DNA of 24,478 bases from Octopus sinensis (lineage: Eukaryota): positions 1-24,478 of the forward strand of contig NW_021836286.1 in assembly GCF_006345805.1 (NCBI RefSeq), in the 5' to 3' direction. Shown here in pieces: positions 9,244 to 19,677 of the stretch. Numbering within the stretch: position 1 is the stretch's first letter; each line of letters opens with the position of its first letter. The notes under the pieces were generated by a model, which was given only the letters and a program-made list of their open reading frames with translations, was not told the DNA's origin and made no database searches. Made by a program: the position numbers and the translations under genes.

Positions 9244-9640
9244 GCAGGAGTGGCTGTGTGGTAAGTAGCTTGTTTACCAACCACATGGTTCCGGGTTCAG
9301 TCCCACTGCATGGCACCTTGGGCAAGTGTCTTTTACTATAGCCTTGGGCCGACCAAAGCCTTGTGAGTGGATTTGGTAGACGGAAACTGAAAGAAGCCCG
9401 TCGTATATATGTATATATATATATAATATATGCGTGTGTGTGTTTGTGTGTCTGTGTTTGTTCCCCCAACATCGCTTGACAACCGATGCTGGTGTGTTTA
9501 TGTCCGCGTAACTTAGCGGTTCGGCAAAAGAGACCGATAGAATAAGTACTGGGCTTACAAAAGAATAAGTCCCGGGGTCGAGTTGCTCGATTAAAGGCGG
9601 TGCTCCAGCATGGCCGCAGTCAAATGACTGAAACAAGTTT
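9244..9640 (+). mobile_element. SINE family A, full copy
   Basis: Matches the consensus. Confidence 0.9.
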
Positions 9641-9807
9641 AAAAAAAAAAAAAGAGAGACACACAACACCAAGGAATTTTACAAGGTAGAGAAGGGGTCA
9701 AACAAACAAATAAATAAAATGCTGTGGGAGCCGGGAACCATAGGGGACATAGGAATGGAATAAAAGGGAAACAATTTTGGAATAAGAGTAATTACAAGAT
9801 ATATAAA

Positions 9808-10004
9808 TTCTTTTACTTGTTTCAGTCATCTGACTGCGGCCATGCTGGAGCACCGCCTTTAGTAAAGCAAATCGACCCCAGGACTTATTCTTTGTAAGCC
9901 TAGTACTTATTCAATCGGCCCCTTTTGCTGAACTGCTAAGTTATGGGGACGTAAACACACCAGCACCGGTTGTCAAGTGATGTTGGGGTGACAAACACAC
10001 ACAT

Positions 10005-10043
<39 letters not shown>

Positions 10044-10046
10044 AAA

Positions 10047-10077
<31 letters not shown>

Positions 10078-10388
10078 TATATATATATATATATTATATA
10101 TATAAATATATATATATATAATATATATAAATATAAATATATATATATAAATATAAATAGATATATATATATATATATATATATAAATATAAATATAAAT
10201 AGATATATATATATATATATATATATAGATATATATATACATACATACATATACATAACGGGCTTCCTTCAGTTTCCGTCTACCAAATCCATTCACAAGG
10301 CTTTGGTCGTCCCGAGGCTATAGTAGAAGACACTCACCCAAGGTGCCGTGCAGTGGGACTGAACCCGGAACCATGTGGTTGGTAAGCA
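9808..10388 (-). mobile_element. SINE family A with an expanded (about 250 bp) AT-rich spacer
   Basis: Tail 9808-10020, (TA)n-rich tract about 10020-10255, head to 10388. Confidence 0.85.
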
Positions 10389-10467
10389 GAGGTGTGGGAG
10401 GGGTGCTTCATCCTTATATTAGACACAAGTTACCTACAAATATTTGTGTAAAACCATAAATACGTAC

Positions 10468-10592
10468 TTCTGAAACCTTCACGACATATATATTCCAAGA
10501 TGGTGTTCGTTACTTTGCCCAGCATCCGCATCTTTGGAATGTCACAGCTTTCAAATATTCTGGCAGGACACGGCTTGTAAAGGGGCAGGTTT
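10468..10592 (-). CDS. Internal exon E5 (phase 2/1): NLPLYKPCPARIFESCDIPKMRMLGKVTNTILEYICREGFR
   Basis: Pyrimidine tract with AAG acceptor (ttttttcctccctaag|A), donor A|gtacgt, 125 nt. Needed to bridge the phases of E4 and E6. Confidence 0.85.
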
Positions 10593-10635
10593 CTTAGGGA
10601 GGAAAAAACAAAGAAATATAACAACAACAAAAACA

Positions 10636-11270
10636 AAAAGATGGGATGGTCACAGCTGGAATGTCTTTGATCATAGGTCTGTCTGGATCAGGACTGACCT
10701 TGGGCTAAACAACAATTCCAGCCACTAATACTAACTACACTATGCCTGAATAAAAGATGGGATGGTCACAGCTGGAACGTCTTTGATCATAGGTCTGTCT
10801 GAATCAGGACTGACCTGGGGTTAAAGCAGAACTATAGCCACTAATACTAACTCGTGTACTATACATTAGATAATGTAGTCCTAGGTACACTATGCCTGAA
10901 TAAAAGATGGGATGGTCACAGCTGGAACGTCTTTGATCATAGGTCTCTCTACTGGATCAGGACTGACCTGGGGCTAAACAACACAACTATAGCCACTAAT
11001 ACTAAATACTATACTAAACATTAGATAATGTAGTCCTAGATACACTATGCCTGAATAAAAGATGGGATGGTCACAGCTGGAATGTCTTTGATCATAGGTC
11101 TGTCTGGATCAGGACTGACCTGGGGCTAAGCAACAACAACTATAGCCACTAATACTAACTACTATTCTTATACATTAGATATTGTGGTCCTAGATACATC
11201 ATGTCTGAATAGAAGATGGGATGGTCATGACTGGGACGTCTTTGATCATAGGTCTGCCTGGATCAGGTAT
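10636..11270 (+). repeat. About 150-bp tandem repeat, about 4.5 copies
   Basis: GATGGGATGG at about 10640, 10756, 10906, 11061 and 11215; same unit at 19365-19502 and 23880-24255. Confidence 0.9.
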
Positions 11271-11406
11271 GATCGACCCCAGTACTTTATTTCATTGACC
11301 CTGTAGGAGCCAAACAAACCAAATGAACAATACACAAATGATACACATACATGCACCGACACACAAGCGTTTCTGCTATCTCAGCAAAAGAGAGAAAGAG
11401 GCCTAC

Positions 11407-11548
11407 TTGCACATGGTGTTGATCTGACTCTCTGTCCACGTTGGTCCTGTAATGTTGATAATTTGACCCAGACTCACATCTGGGTGTAGCAGTTTCACAC
11501 ATTTGCGGAATTTCTTCTCAATGTACGCCTCTGTACAGAAGTTCACCG
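11407..11548 (-). CDS. Internal exon E4 (phase 1/2): VNFCTEAYIEKKFRKCVKLLHPDVSLGQIINITGPTWTESQINTMC
   Basis: Acceptor gttctacttcag|CG, donor AA|gtaggc, 142 nt. In frame with E3 (G|CG=Ala) and E5 (AA|A=Lys). Contains an N-I-T sequon. Confidence 0.88.
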
Positions 11549-11609
11549 CTGAAGTAGAACAACATTATTATTATTATTATTATTATTATTATCATTACGT
11601 TTATATACT

Positions 11610-12020
11610 CTTTTCTCTTTTACTTGTTTTAGTCATTTGACTGCGGCCATGCTGGAGCACCGCCTTTAGTCGAGCAAATCGACCCCGGGACTTATTCTTT
11701 TTTGTAAGCCCAGTACTTATTCTATCGGTCTCTTTTGCCGTACCGTTAAGTGACGGGGACGTAAACACACCAGCATCGGTTGTCAGGCAATGCTAGGGGG
11801 ACAAACACAGACACACAAACACACACACACATACATATATATATATACATATATACGACAGGCTTCTTTCAGTTTCCGTCTACCAAGTCCACTCACAAGG
11901 CATTGGTCGGCCCGGGGCTATAGCAGAAGACACTTGCCCAAGATGCCACGCAGTGGGACTGAACCCGGAACCATGTGGTTGGTTAGCAAGCTACTTACCA
12001 CACAGCCACTCCTGCGTCTA
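11610..12020 (-). mobile_element. SINE family A, full copy
   Basis: Reverse complement of the consensus. Confidence 0.9.
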
Positions 12021-12434
12021 TATATATTTGTTGTGCAAGATTTTTTATGTGAAGTCGTGTGTTGAAACAGATATTGTTGTATCTAGGAATGGTCATTTTG
12101 CCAGTTTAGCCAATAAAAACACACGCATTATATATTTGGTGTTATTTTGCTTCAGTGTTACTCTTTTACCTGTTTCAGTCATTTGACAGCGGCCATGCTA
12201 GAGCACCGCCTTTAGTCGAGCAAATCGACCCCGGGACTTATTCTTCGTAAGCCCAGTACTTATTCTATTGGTCTCTTTGGCCAAACCGCTAAGTGACGGG
12301 GACGTAAACACACCAGCATCAGTTGTCGAGGAATGCTAGGGGGACAAACACAGACACACAAACATACACGCACACATTTATATATATATATATATATACA
12401 TATATGCGATGGGCATTAAACTTAATCTTATTTC

Positions 12435-12479
12435 GGCCAGAGTTCTTTCGTCACACTCCTGTGACCTCATCAGTGGTCC
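12435..12479 (-). ncRNA. Minimal type I hammerhead motif with intact core
   Basis: Minus: GGACCA-CTGATGA-G-GTCACA-ggag-TGTGAC-GAAA-GAAC-TC-TGGCC. CUC triplet, cut 12440/12439; stem I GGaCCA/TGGCC. Confidence 0.65.
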
Positions 12480-12750
12480 TTTGTTTTCTTCTCTCTTATT
12501 TGTGTGTCTACTTACTAACCGTCAGCCATTTCGTATTTCTATTGTCTGTGTCTTCATTTGCGCATGCCTATATCTCTATATGCGTCTATGTTTAGTATTG
12601 TTTTCAGCTGTGTCTGTCTGTTTGTCTGTGGACAAGATATCTCTAGAACTCCTGGATGGATTCAGATGAAATCCAATGCAGGGATGCTTGGACTCGTGAC
12701 TGGCAAAAACTAATTAGATTTTGGTATTGACCCAGTTTCGGACAAGTAAA

Positions 12751-12795
12751 GGACCACTGCTGAGGTCACAGGAGTGTGACGAAAGAACTCTGGCC
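12751..12795 (+). ncRNA. Inverted copy of the same hammerhead motif with a mutated core (CTGCTGA)
   Basis: GGACCA-CTGCTGA-G-GTCACA-ggag-TGTGAC-GAAA-GAAC-TC-TGGCC, with AATAAA at 12822-12827. Confidence 0.5.
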
Positions 12796-12959
12796 AAAAT
12801 AAGATTAAGATTAATGTAAAAAATAAATAACACTGAAGCAAAGTAACACCAAATATATAGTGCGTGTGTTTTTATTGGCTAAACTGGCAAAATGACCATT
12901 CCTAAATACAACAATATTATTATCATTATTATTAAAAAAATACTAAAAGATTCATCAAC

Positions 12960-13800
12960 ATCATCATCATCATCGTTCAACGTCCGTTCTCCATGCTAGC
13001 ATGGGTTGGATGGTTTGACCGGGGTCTGGGAAGCCAGGGGCTGCACCAGGCTCAAGTCTGATCTGGCAATGTTTCTACGGCTGGATGCCCTTCCTAACGC
13101 CAACCACTCCGAGAGTGTAGTGGGTGCTTTTTATGTGCCACCTGCACAGGTGCCGGGGGGGGGGGTCCGGCATCAGCCACGATCGGTTGGAGCTTAATGT
13201 GCCACCGGCACGGAAGCCAGCCAAGGCGGCGCTGGCAACGGCCACGTTCAGATGGTGCTTTTTATGTGCCACCGGCACAGAAGCCAGTCGAGGCGGCACT
13301 GGCAACGGCCACGTTCGGATGGTGCTTTTTATGTGTCACTGGCATCGGCCACGTTCGGATGGTGCTTTTTATGTGTCACTGGCACAGAAGCCAGTCGGGG
13401 CGGTGCTGGCATTGGCCACGTTCGGATGATGCTTTTTATGTGCCACCGGCACAGAAGCCAGTCGGGGCGGCGCTGGCAACAGCCACGTTCAGATGGTGCT
13501 TTTTATGTCCCACTGGCACAGAAGCCAGTCGAGGCGGCGCTGGCATCGGCCACGTTCGGATGGTGCTTTTTATGTGTCACTGGCACAGAAGCCAGTCGGG
13601 GCGGTGCTGGCATTGGCCACGTTCGGATGATGCTTTTTATGTGCCACCGGCACAGAAGCCAGTCGGGGCGGCGCTGGCAACAGCCACGTTCAGATGGTGC
13701 TTTTTATGTCCCACTGGCACAGAAGCCAGTCGAGGCGGCACTGGCATCGGCCACGTTCAGATGGTGCTTTTTATGTGCCACTGGCACAGAAGCCAGTCGA
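12960..13800 (-). mobile_element. RTE-type LINE 3' UTR with an internal 67-bp tandem array (about 13135-13800)
   Basis: (CAT)n tail at 12960. Unit GTGCCACCGGCACAGAAGCCAGTCG...GGATGGTGCTTTTTAT, about 10 copies, one shortened to 40 bp. Confidence 0.85.
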
Positions 13801-13880
13801 TTATTATTATTATTATTATTGTTATTATTATTATTATTATTAATATTATTATTCGAAAGAATATCAAAAAAAAGAAAAGA

Positions 13881-14230
13881 TTATTACCTCCGCCTTAACG
13901 AAGGCGGAAGTATTGTTCTCAGTTGTGTCTGTCTGTTTGTCTGTCGACAAGATATCTCAAGAACTGCTGGATGGATTCAGATGAAATCCATCCAGGGATG
14001 TTTGGACACGTGACAGGCAAAAACTGATTACATTTTGGGATTGATCCAGTATCGGACAAGGATTCTGGATTATTTTTCCAGTTTTCTTTTAATTAAATTT
14101 TTGAGAACAGTCAGGTTAATCTTTAGTATTCTTGTTTGTGAGAGCAATCGAATTTATTTCAGATATTCTCATTTTAAAAAATCATCTCCAGCTAATTGCT
14201 GAGAGGATTTTGGTGTTGCCTTGGTGGTGC
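13881..14230 (+). mobile_element. HINE/DINE-1-like (Helentron-associated) non-autonomous element
   Basis: Starts TTATTACCTCCGCCTT-aacg-AAGGCGG (hairpin), then GTCT microsatellite, core GAACTGCTGGATGGATTCAGATGAAA, and distal CCTTGGTGG. The 3' end is uncertain. Confidence 0.6.
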
Positions 14231-14489
14231 CTGCCGGCTGCCAACACTTTTTTCTGCAAAATAGGGGTCGCTTATCCTGTTCAGGTTATATTATTAGCCT
14301 TATCCTGCGTTTGGGAATTTAAAATCACTTCTTGAACTTTCTAAGACATCTCAACCATTCTAAAGCAAACTTTGTTTACATTCATCATAATTTGTATCAT
14401 CATCATCATCATCATCATCATTATCATTATTATTATCATTATTATTATCATTATTATTATTATCATCATTATTATTATTATCATCATCA

Positions 14490-15530
14490 TCATCATCATC
14501 GTTTAGCATTTGCTTTCCATGCTAACATGGGTTGGATGGTTCAACTGGGGTCTGGGAAGCCACAAGGCTGCACCAGGCCCAGTCTGATCTGGCAGTGTTT
14601 CTACAGCTGGATGCCCTTCCTAACGCCAACCACTCCGTGAGTGTAGTGGGTGCTTTTTACGTGCCGACACAGGTGCCAGACGAGGCTGGCGAACGGCCAC
14701 GCTCGGATGGTGTTTTTTTTATGTGCCACGGACACAGGTGCCAGACGAGGCTGGCGAACGGCCACGCTCGGATGGTGTTTTTTTTATGTGCCACCGACAC
14801 AGGTGCCAGACGAGGCTGGCAGACGGCCACGCTCGGATGGTGTTTTTTTTATGTGCCACCGACACAGGTGCCAGATGAGGCTGGCAGACAGCCACGCTCG
14901 GATGGTGTTTTTTTTATGTGCCACCAACACAGGTGCCAGATGAGGCTGGCAGACGGCCACGCTCGGATGGTGTTTTTTATGTGCCACCAACACAGGTCCC
15001 AGATGAGGCTGGCAGGCGGCCACGCTCGGATGGTGTTTTTTTTATGTGCCACCAACACAGGTGCCAGACGAGGCTGGTGAATGGCCACGCTCGGATGGTG
15101 TTTTTTTTATGTGCCACCAACACAGGTGCCAGATGAGGCTGGCAGATGGCCACGCTCGGATGGTGTTTTTTTTATGTGCCACCGACACAGGTGCCAGACG
15201 AGGCTGGCGAACGGCTACGCTCGGATGGTGTTTTCTTTATGTGCCACCGACACAGGTGCCAGACGAGGCTGGCAGACGGCCACGCTCGGATGGTGTTTTT
15301 TTTATGTGCCACTGACACAGGTGCCAGATGAGGCTGGCAGACGGCCACGCTCGGATGGTGTTTTTTATGTGCCACCAACACAGGTGCCATATGAGGCTGG
15401 CAGACGGCCACGCTCGGATGGTGTTTTTTATATGCCACCAACACAGGTGCCAGATGAGGCTGGCAGACGGCCACGCTCGGATGGTGTTTTTTTTATGTGC
15501 CACCAACACAGGTGCCAGACAAGGCCTGGC
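14490..15530 (-). mobile_element. RTE-type LINE 3' UTR with an internal 63-65-bp tandem array (14 copies, about 14661-15530)
   Basis: ACAGGTGCCAGA counted 14 times; unit length varies with a T run. Confidence 0.9.
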
Positions 15531-15639
15531 ATCATTATTATTATCTTTATTATTATCATCATTATTATTATCATTATCATTATTATCATTATTACTATCA
15601 TTATTATCATTATCATTATTATTATTAAAGTATGGAGCT

Positions 15640-16020
15640 GCAAAATTGTTAGCAGAGTAGGTAAAATTCTTACATGGCATTTTGTAAATCTTTGCATTTT
15701 GAGTTCAAACTCTGCTGTGGTCAACTTTACCATTCAACCTTTCGGGGTTGATAAAGTAAGTACCAGTTATGCACTGGAGTCAATGTAATCAACTTTCTCT
15801 TTCTCCCCAAACTGCTGGCCTTGTGCCAAAATTAGAAACCATTATTAGCATCAAAATGGCAAGCTGGCAGAATCGTTAGGATGCTAGGAAAAGTGTTTAG
15901 TGGCATCCTGTCCAGCTTCATGTTCAGAGTTCAAATTCGGCCGAAGTTGACTTTGCCTTTCGTCTTTTCTGGGTTGATGGAATAAGCCCCAGTTAAACAC
16001 TGGGGATATATAATCAGGTG
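15640..16020 (+). mobile_element. Two diverged SINE family C copies
   Basis: GAGTTCAAA B box and ...CCTTTCGGGGTTGATAAA..TACCAG body, twice. Confidence 0.7.
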
Positions 16021-16074
16021 GCCCCTTTGGGGTTCAAGTATTCAACTATAGTGTACAGGATTTGACCTCTTATT

Positions 16075-18065
16075 TATTTGCAACCAAAAGAATACCCTCC
16101 ATCAAGCATTTGCCATATCCTGAACGCCTTACTTCCCTGGCCATGGACACATTGAAACTCCGACGTCTGGCAGCTGACTTGGCAGACACCCATAAAATTA
16201 TCAACCATCTTACAAACAATAACTCTCAGCACCTTTTCAAACTCCACCCATCTAACACCCGTGGACATATTTATAAAGTCAGAAAACAGCACAGCTCCTT
16301 CCATGACTTTCGGAAACATTTTTTTACGCTAAGAGTTGCTGAAGCATGGAACAAACTGCCAGCATCAGTTGTTAGTTGTCGGAGTACTGCATCCTTCAAA
16401 ACTTCCATGCTTCCTGAGATTCGCTAACACCACACCTGAGCTTTCTCCCCTCCATACACACGCTGAAGCATGGAACAAACTGCCGGCATCAGTTGTTAGT
16501 TGTCGGAGCACTGCATCCTTCAAAACTTCCATGCTTCCTGAGATTCGCTAACACCACACCTGAGCTTTCTCCCCTCCATACACGCTGAAGCATGGAACAA
16601 ACTGCCGGCATCATTTGTTAGTTGTCGGAGCACTGCATCCTTCAAAACTTCCATGCTTCCTGAGATTCGCTAACCACCACACCTGAGCTTTCTCCCCTCC
16701 ATACCACGCTGAAGCATGGAACAACTAAACTGCCGGCATCATTGTTAGTTGTCGGAGCACTGCATCCTTCAAAACTTCCATGCTTCCTGAGATTCGCTAA
16801 CACCACACCTGAGCTTTCTCCCCTCCATACACACGCTGAAGCATGGAACAAACTGCCGGCATCAGTTGTTAGTTGTCGGAGTAACTGCATCCTTCAAAAC
16901 TTCCATGCCTTCCTGAGATTCGCTAACACCACAACCTGACGCTTCTCCCCTCCATACACATGCTGAAGCATGGAACAACTGCCGGCATCAGTTGTTAGTT
17001 GTCGGAGCACTGCATCCTTCAAAACTTCCATGCTTCCTGAGATTCGCCAACACCACACCTGAGCTTTTCTCCCCTCCATACACACGCTGAAGCATGGAAC
17101 AAACTACTGCCGGCATCAGTTGTTAGTTGTCGGAGCTGCATCCTTCAAAACTTCCATGCTCCTGAGATTCGCTAACACCACACCTGAGCTTTTCTCCCCT
17201 CCATACACACGCTGAAGCATGGAACAAACTGCCGGCATCAGTTGTTAGTTGTCGGAGCACTGCATCCTCTTCAAACTTCCATGCTTCCATGAGATTCGCC
17301 AACACCACACCTGAGCTTTCTCCCCTCCATACACACGCTGAAGCATGGAACAAACTGCCGCATCAGTTTAGTTGTCGGAGCACTGCATCCTTCAAAACTT
17401 CCATGCTTCCTGAGATTCGCCAACACCACACCTGAGCTTTCTCCCCTCCATACACACGCTGAAGCATGGAACAAACTGCCGGCATCAGTTGTTAGTTGTC
17501 GGAGCACTGCATCCTTCAAAACTTCCATGCTTCCTGAGATTCGCTAACACCACACCTGAGCTTTCTCCCCTCCATACACACGCTGAAGCATGGAACAAAC
17601 TGCCGGCATCAGTTGTTAGTTGTCGGAGCACTGCATCCTTCAAAACTTCCATGCTTCCTGAGATTCGCTAACACCACACCTGAGCTTTCTCCCCTCCATA
17701 CACACGCTGAAGCATGGAACAAACTGCCGGCATCAGTTGTTAGTTGTCGGAGCACTGCATCCTTCAAAACTTCCATGCTTCCTGAGATTCGCCAACACCA
17801 CACCTGAGCTTTCTCCCCTCCATACACACGCTGAAGCATGGAACAAACTGCCGGCATCAGTTGTTAGTTGTCGGAGCACTGCATCCTTCAAAACTTCCAT
17901 GCTTCCTGAGATTCGCCAACACCACACCTGAGCTTTCTCCCCTCCATACACACACAAGCATGTTCACTTTCCAGACATTTCTACATTACTGCATATACTT
18001 TATATGCACTTTCTGACAAGTTGTGGGGCACCTGAGCACTGTATACAATAATTTCAGTATTATTA
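16075..18065 (+). mobile_element. CR1-clade LINE 3' remnant (RT C-terminus plus 3' UTR)
   Basis: ATKRIP..LPYPERL..L..RR...DL..THKI...TRGH..K....RKHFFTLRV..AWNKLP..VV....SFK, the typical CR1 RT tail. The 3' UTR resumes at about 17956. Confidence 0.85.
16338..17955 (+). repeat. 124-bp tandem array, 13 copies, derived from the CR1 stop-codon region
   Basis: GCTGAAGCATGG at 16338, 16462, 16584, 16708, 16835, 16962, 17086, 17211, 17337, 17458, 17582, 17706 and 17830. Confidence 0.95.
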
Positions 18066-18117
18066 ACTATCCTTCTCCCTCAAATTTCAGGCCTTGTACC
18101 TATAGTAGAAAGGATTA

Positions 18118-18572
18118 TTATTATTAGTAGTAGTAGTAGTAGTAGCAGTAGCAGTAGCAGCAGTGGTAATGGTAGTAGTGGTAGTAGTAGTAGCAGTGGT
18201 AGTAGTAATAGTAGTAGTAGCGGTAGTGGTAGTAGTAGTAGCAGTGGTAGTGGTACTGGTAGTATTAGTAGTAGTAGTAGTAGTAGTGGTAGTAGTGGTA
18301 GTAGTAGTGGTAGTAGTGGTAGTAGTAGCAGTGGTAGTGGTAGTAGTAATAGTAGTAGTAGCGGTAGTGGTAGTAGTAGTAGCAGTAGTGGTAGTAGTAG
18401 TAGTAGTAGTAGTAGCAGCAGCAGCAGCAGTGGTAGTGGTAGTAGTAGTGGCAGTAGCAGTAGTAGTGGCAGTGGTAGTAGCAGTGGTAGTGGCAGTGGT
18501 GGTAGTAGTAGTGGCAGTGGTAGTGGTAGTAGCAGTAGCAGTAGCAATGGTTAGTAGTAGTAGTAGTAGTAG
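18118..18572. repeat. Compound (GTA)/(GTG)/(GCA) trinucleotide tract
   Basis: Visible directly; explains the poly-T/V/L/Y ORFs. Confidence 0.95.
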
Positions 18573-18602
18573 AGAGAGAACCCAAGAGCAACTACTACTC
18601 AC

Positions 18603-18781
18603 CTGTGGTACTTTCAGAATGTTTCTTCAGGGTGGGTGTCACCCGGCCATGGCCATCACACTCTAATTTCATTCTGTTGCTCCTCAAGTACTTCTCCACC
18701 AATTCCCCGACGAACGCCGTCGCCAGGGAGCCGCACCGCCCGGAGTATTTCTCCACACAGTCGGACGTCTTCTTCATCCTC
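18603..18781 (-). CDS. Internal exon E3 (phase 2/1): RMKKTSDCVEKYSGRCGSLATAFVGELVEKYLRSNRMKLECDGHGRVTPTLKKHSESTT
   Basis: Acceptor gttgttgcag|G, donor G|gtgagt, 179 nt. C16 and C41 and the CG-x5-F-x2-ELV-like stretch match E7. Ends in a Ser/Thr/basic linker. Confidence 0.88.
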
Positions 18782-18934
18782 CTGCAACAACAACAACAAA
18801 CATGGAAACAGAGTCGTTGCAGGTTCAATACTGACTTGCCCCAGGAAGAGGCCGGTTGAGACGTGCAGGGACAGTGGTGTTGGTGGGGTAGATCTTGCTG
18901 TGGGCGGGGGGGTGAGGTATGAGGCTTTTGGTAT

Positions 18935-19290
18935 GATGGTGGTGGCGGTGGCGGTTGTGGTGTTGGTGGTGGTGGTGGTAGGTGGTGGTGGTGGTGTTGG
19001 TGGTGGTGTTGGTGGTGGTGATAGGTGGTGGTGGTGGTGGTGGTGATGGTGGTGGTGGTGGTGATAGTGGTGGTGGTGGTGGTGGTGGCGGTGATGTTGA
19101 TGATGGTGGTGGCGGTGGCGGCGGTAGTGGTAGCGGTATTGGTGGTGGTGGTGATAGTGGTGGTGGCTGTGGCGACGTTGATGATGGTGGTGGCAGCGGC
19201 GGCGGCGGTGGTGATAGTGGTGGTGGTGGAGATGGTGGTGGTGGTGGTGGAGATAGTGGTAGTGGTGGCGGTGGTGGTGGTGGAGATGAT
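18935..19290. repeat. Degenerate (GGT)n trinucleotide tract
   Basis: Visible directly; explains the poly-G/V/T ORFs. Confidence 0.95.
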
Positions 19291-19364
19291 TTTTGGAGAG
19301 GTGATGGTAGACATGGAGGTAGAGGTGTTGTTATTGGTGTGGGCCATGCTGCAGCAGCTGGTGA

Positions 19365-19502
19365 GGAATAGTCTAAACATTAGATAATGTAGTCCTAGGT
19401 ACACTATGCGTGAATAAAAAATGGGATGGTCACTGCTAGAACGTCTTTGATCATAGGGCTCTCTACTGGATCAGGACTGACCTGGGGCTAAACAACAGCA
19501 AC
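19365..19502 (+). repeat. Single copy of the about 150-bp unit, ending about 8 nt from the E2 donor
   Basis: CATTAGATAATGTAGTCCTAGG...GACCTGGGGCTAAACAACAGCAACA. Confidence 0.85.
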
Positions 19503-19510
19503 ATACTTAC

Positions 19511-19640
19511 AAACAAGCATCTCTCTTTGACTCTGGGGTGGCCAGCAGGTGATTCGATGTCTTCACCCCAATCTTAATACAACGCTGGACTCCATCACTT
19601 ATTTGATCTTCTTTCAGACATTTGTAACTCACTATGGAAG
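19511..19640 (-). CDS. Internal exon E2 (phase 1/2): SIVSYKCLKEDQISDGVQRCIKIGVKTSNHLLATPESKRDAC
   Basis: Acceptor ttcctcttttccag|CT, donor TT|gtaagt, 130 nt. Joins E1 (T|CT=Ser) and E3 (TT|G=Leu) in frame. Cys pattern C7/C20/C42 parallels E6 C7/C21/C45. Confidence 0.88.
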
Positions 19641-19677
19641 CTGGAAAAGAGGAAGAAAGCAGAATATATACATATAT

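Larger units (their letters stand above)
12071..12917. mobile_element. Inverted pair of a hammerhead-bearing (Penelope-like pseudo-LTR) repeat; left arm split by a SINE A tail (12161-12410)
   Basis: 12071-12160 is the reverse complement of 12828-12917, and 12414-12482 of 12748-12816. The right arm is contiguous. Confidence 0.7.

Noticed and set aside
46-10296. Many YIYIYI and HTHT ORFs
   Set aside because: They come from (TA)n and (CA)n microsatellites and SINE bodies.
13197-15788. Long Cys/His-containing repetitive ORFs (233, 253, 182 and 235 aa)
   Set aside because: They are translations of the 65- and 67-bp tandem arrays in LINE 3' UTRs, cycling through frames.
16338-17955. CRISPR-like or protein-coding array
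   Set aside because: Units are head-to-tail copies with no unique spacers and derive from a CR1 3' end in eukaryotic DNA.
18595-19404. 269-aa Thr/His/Pro-rich ORF as a single mucin-like exon
   Set aside because: Only 18603-18781 has splice sites and homology to E7. The rest is microsatellite, and retention of the 729-nt intron hits TAA immediately after the E2 donor.
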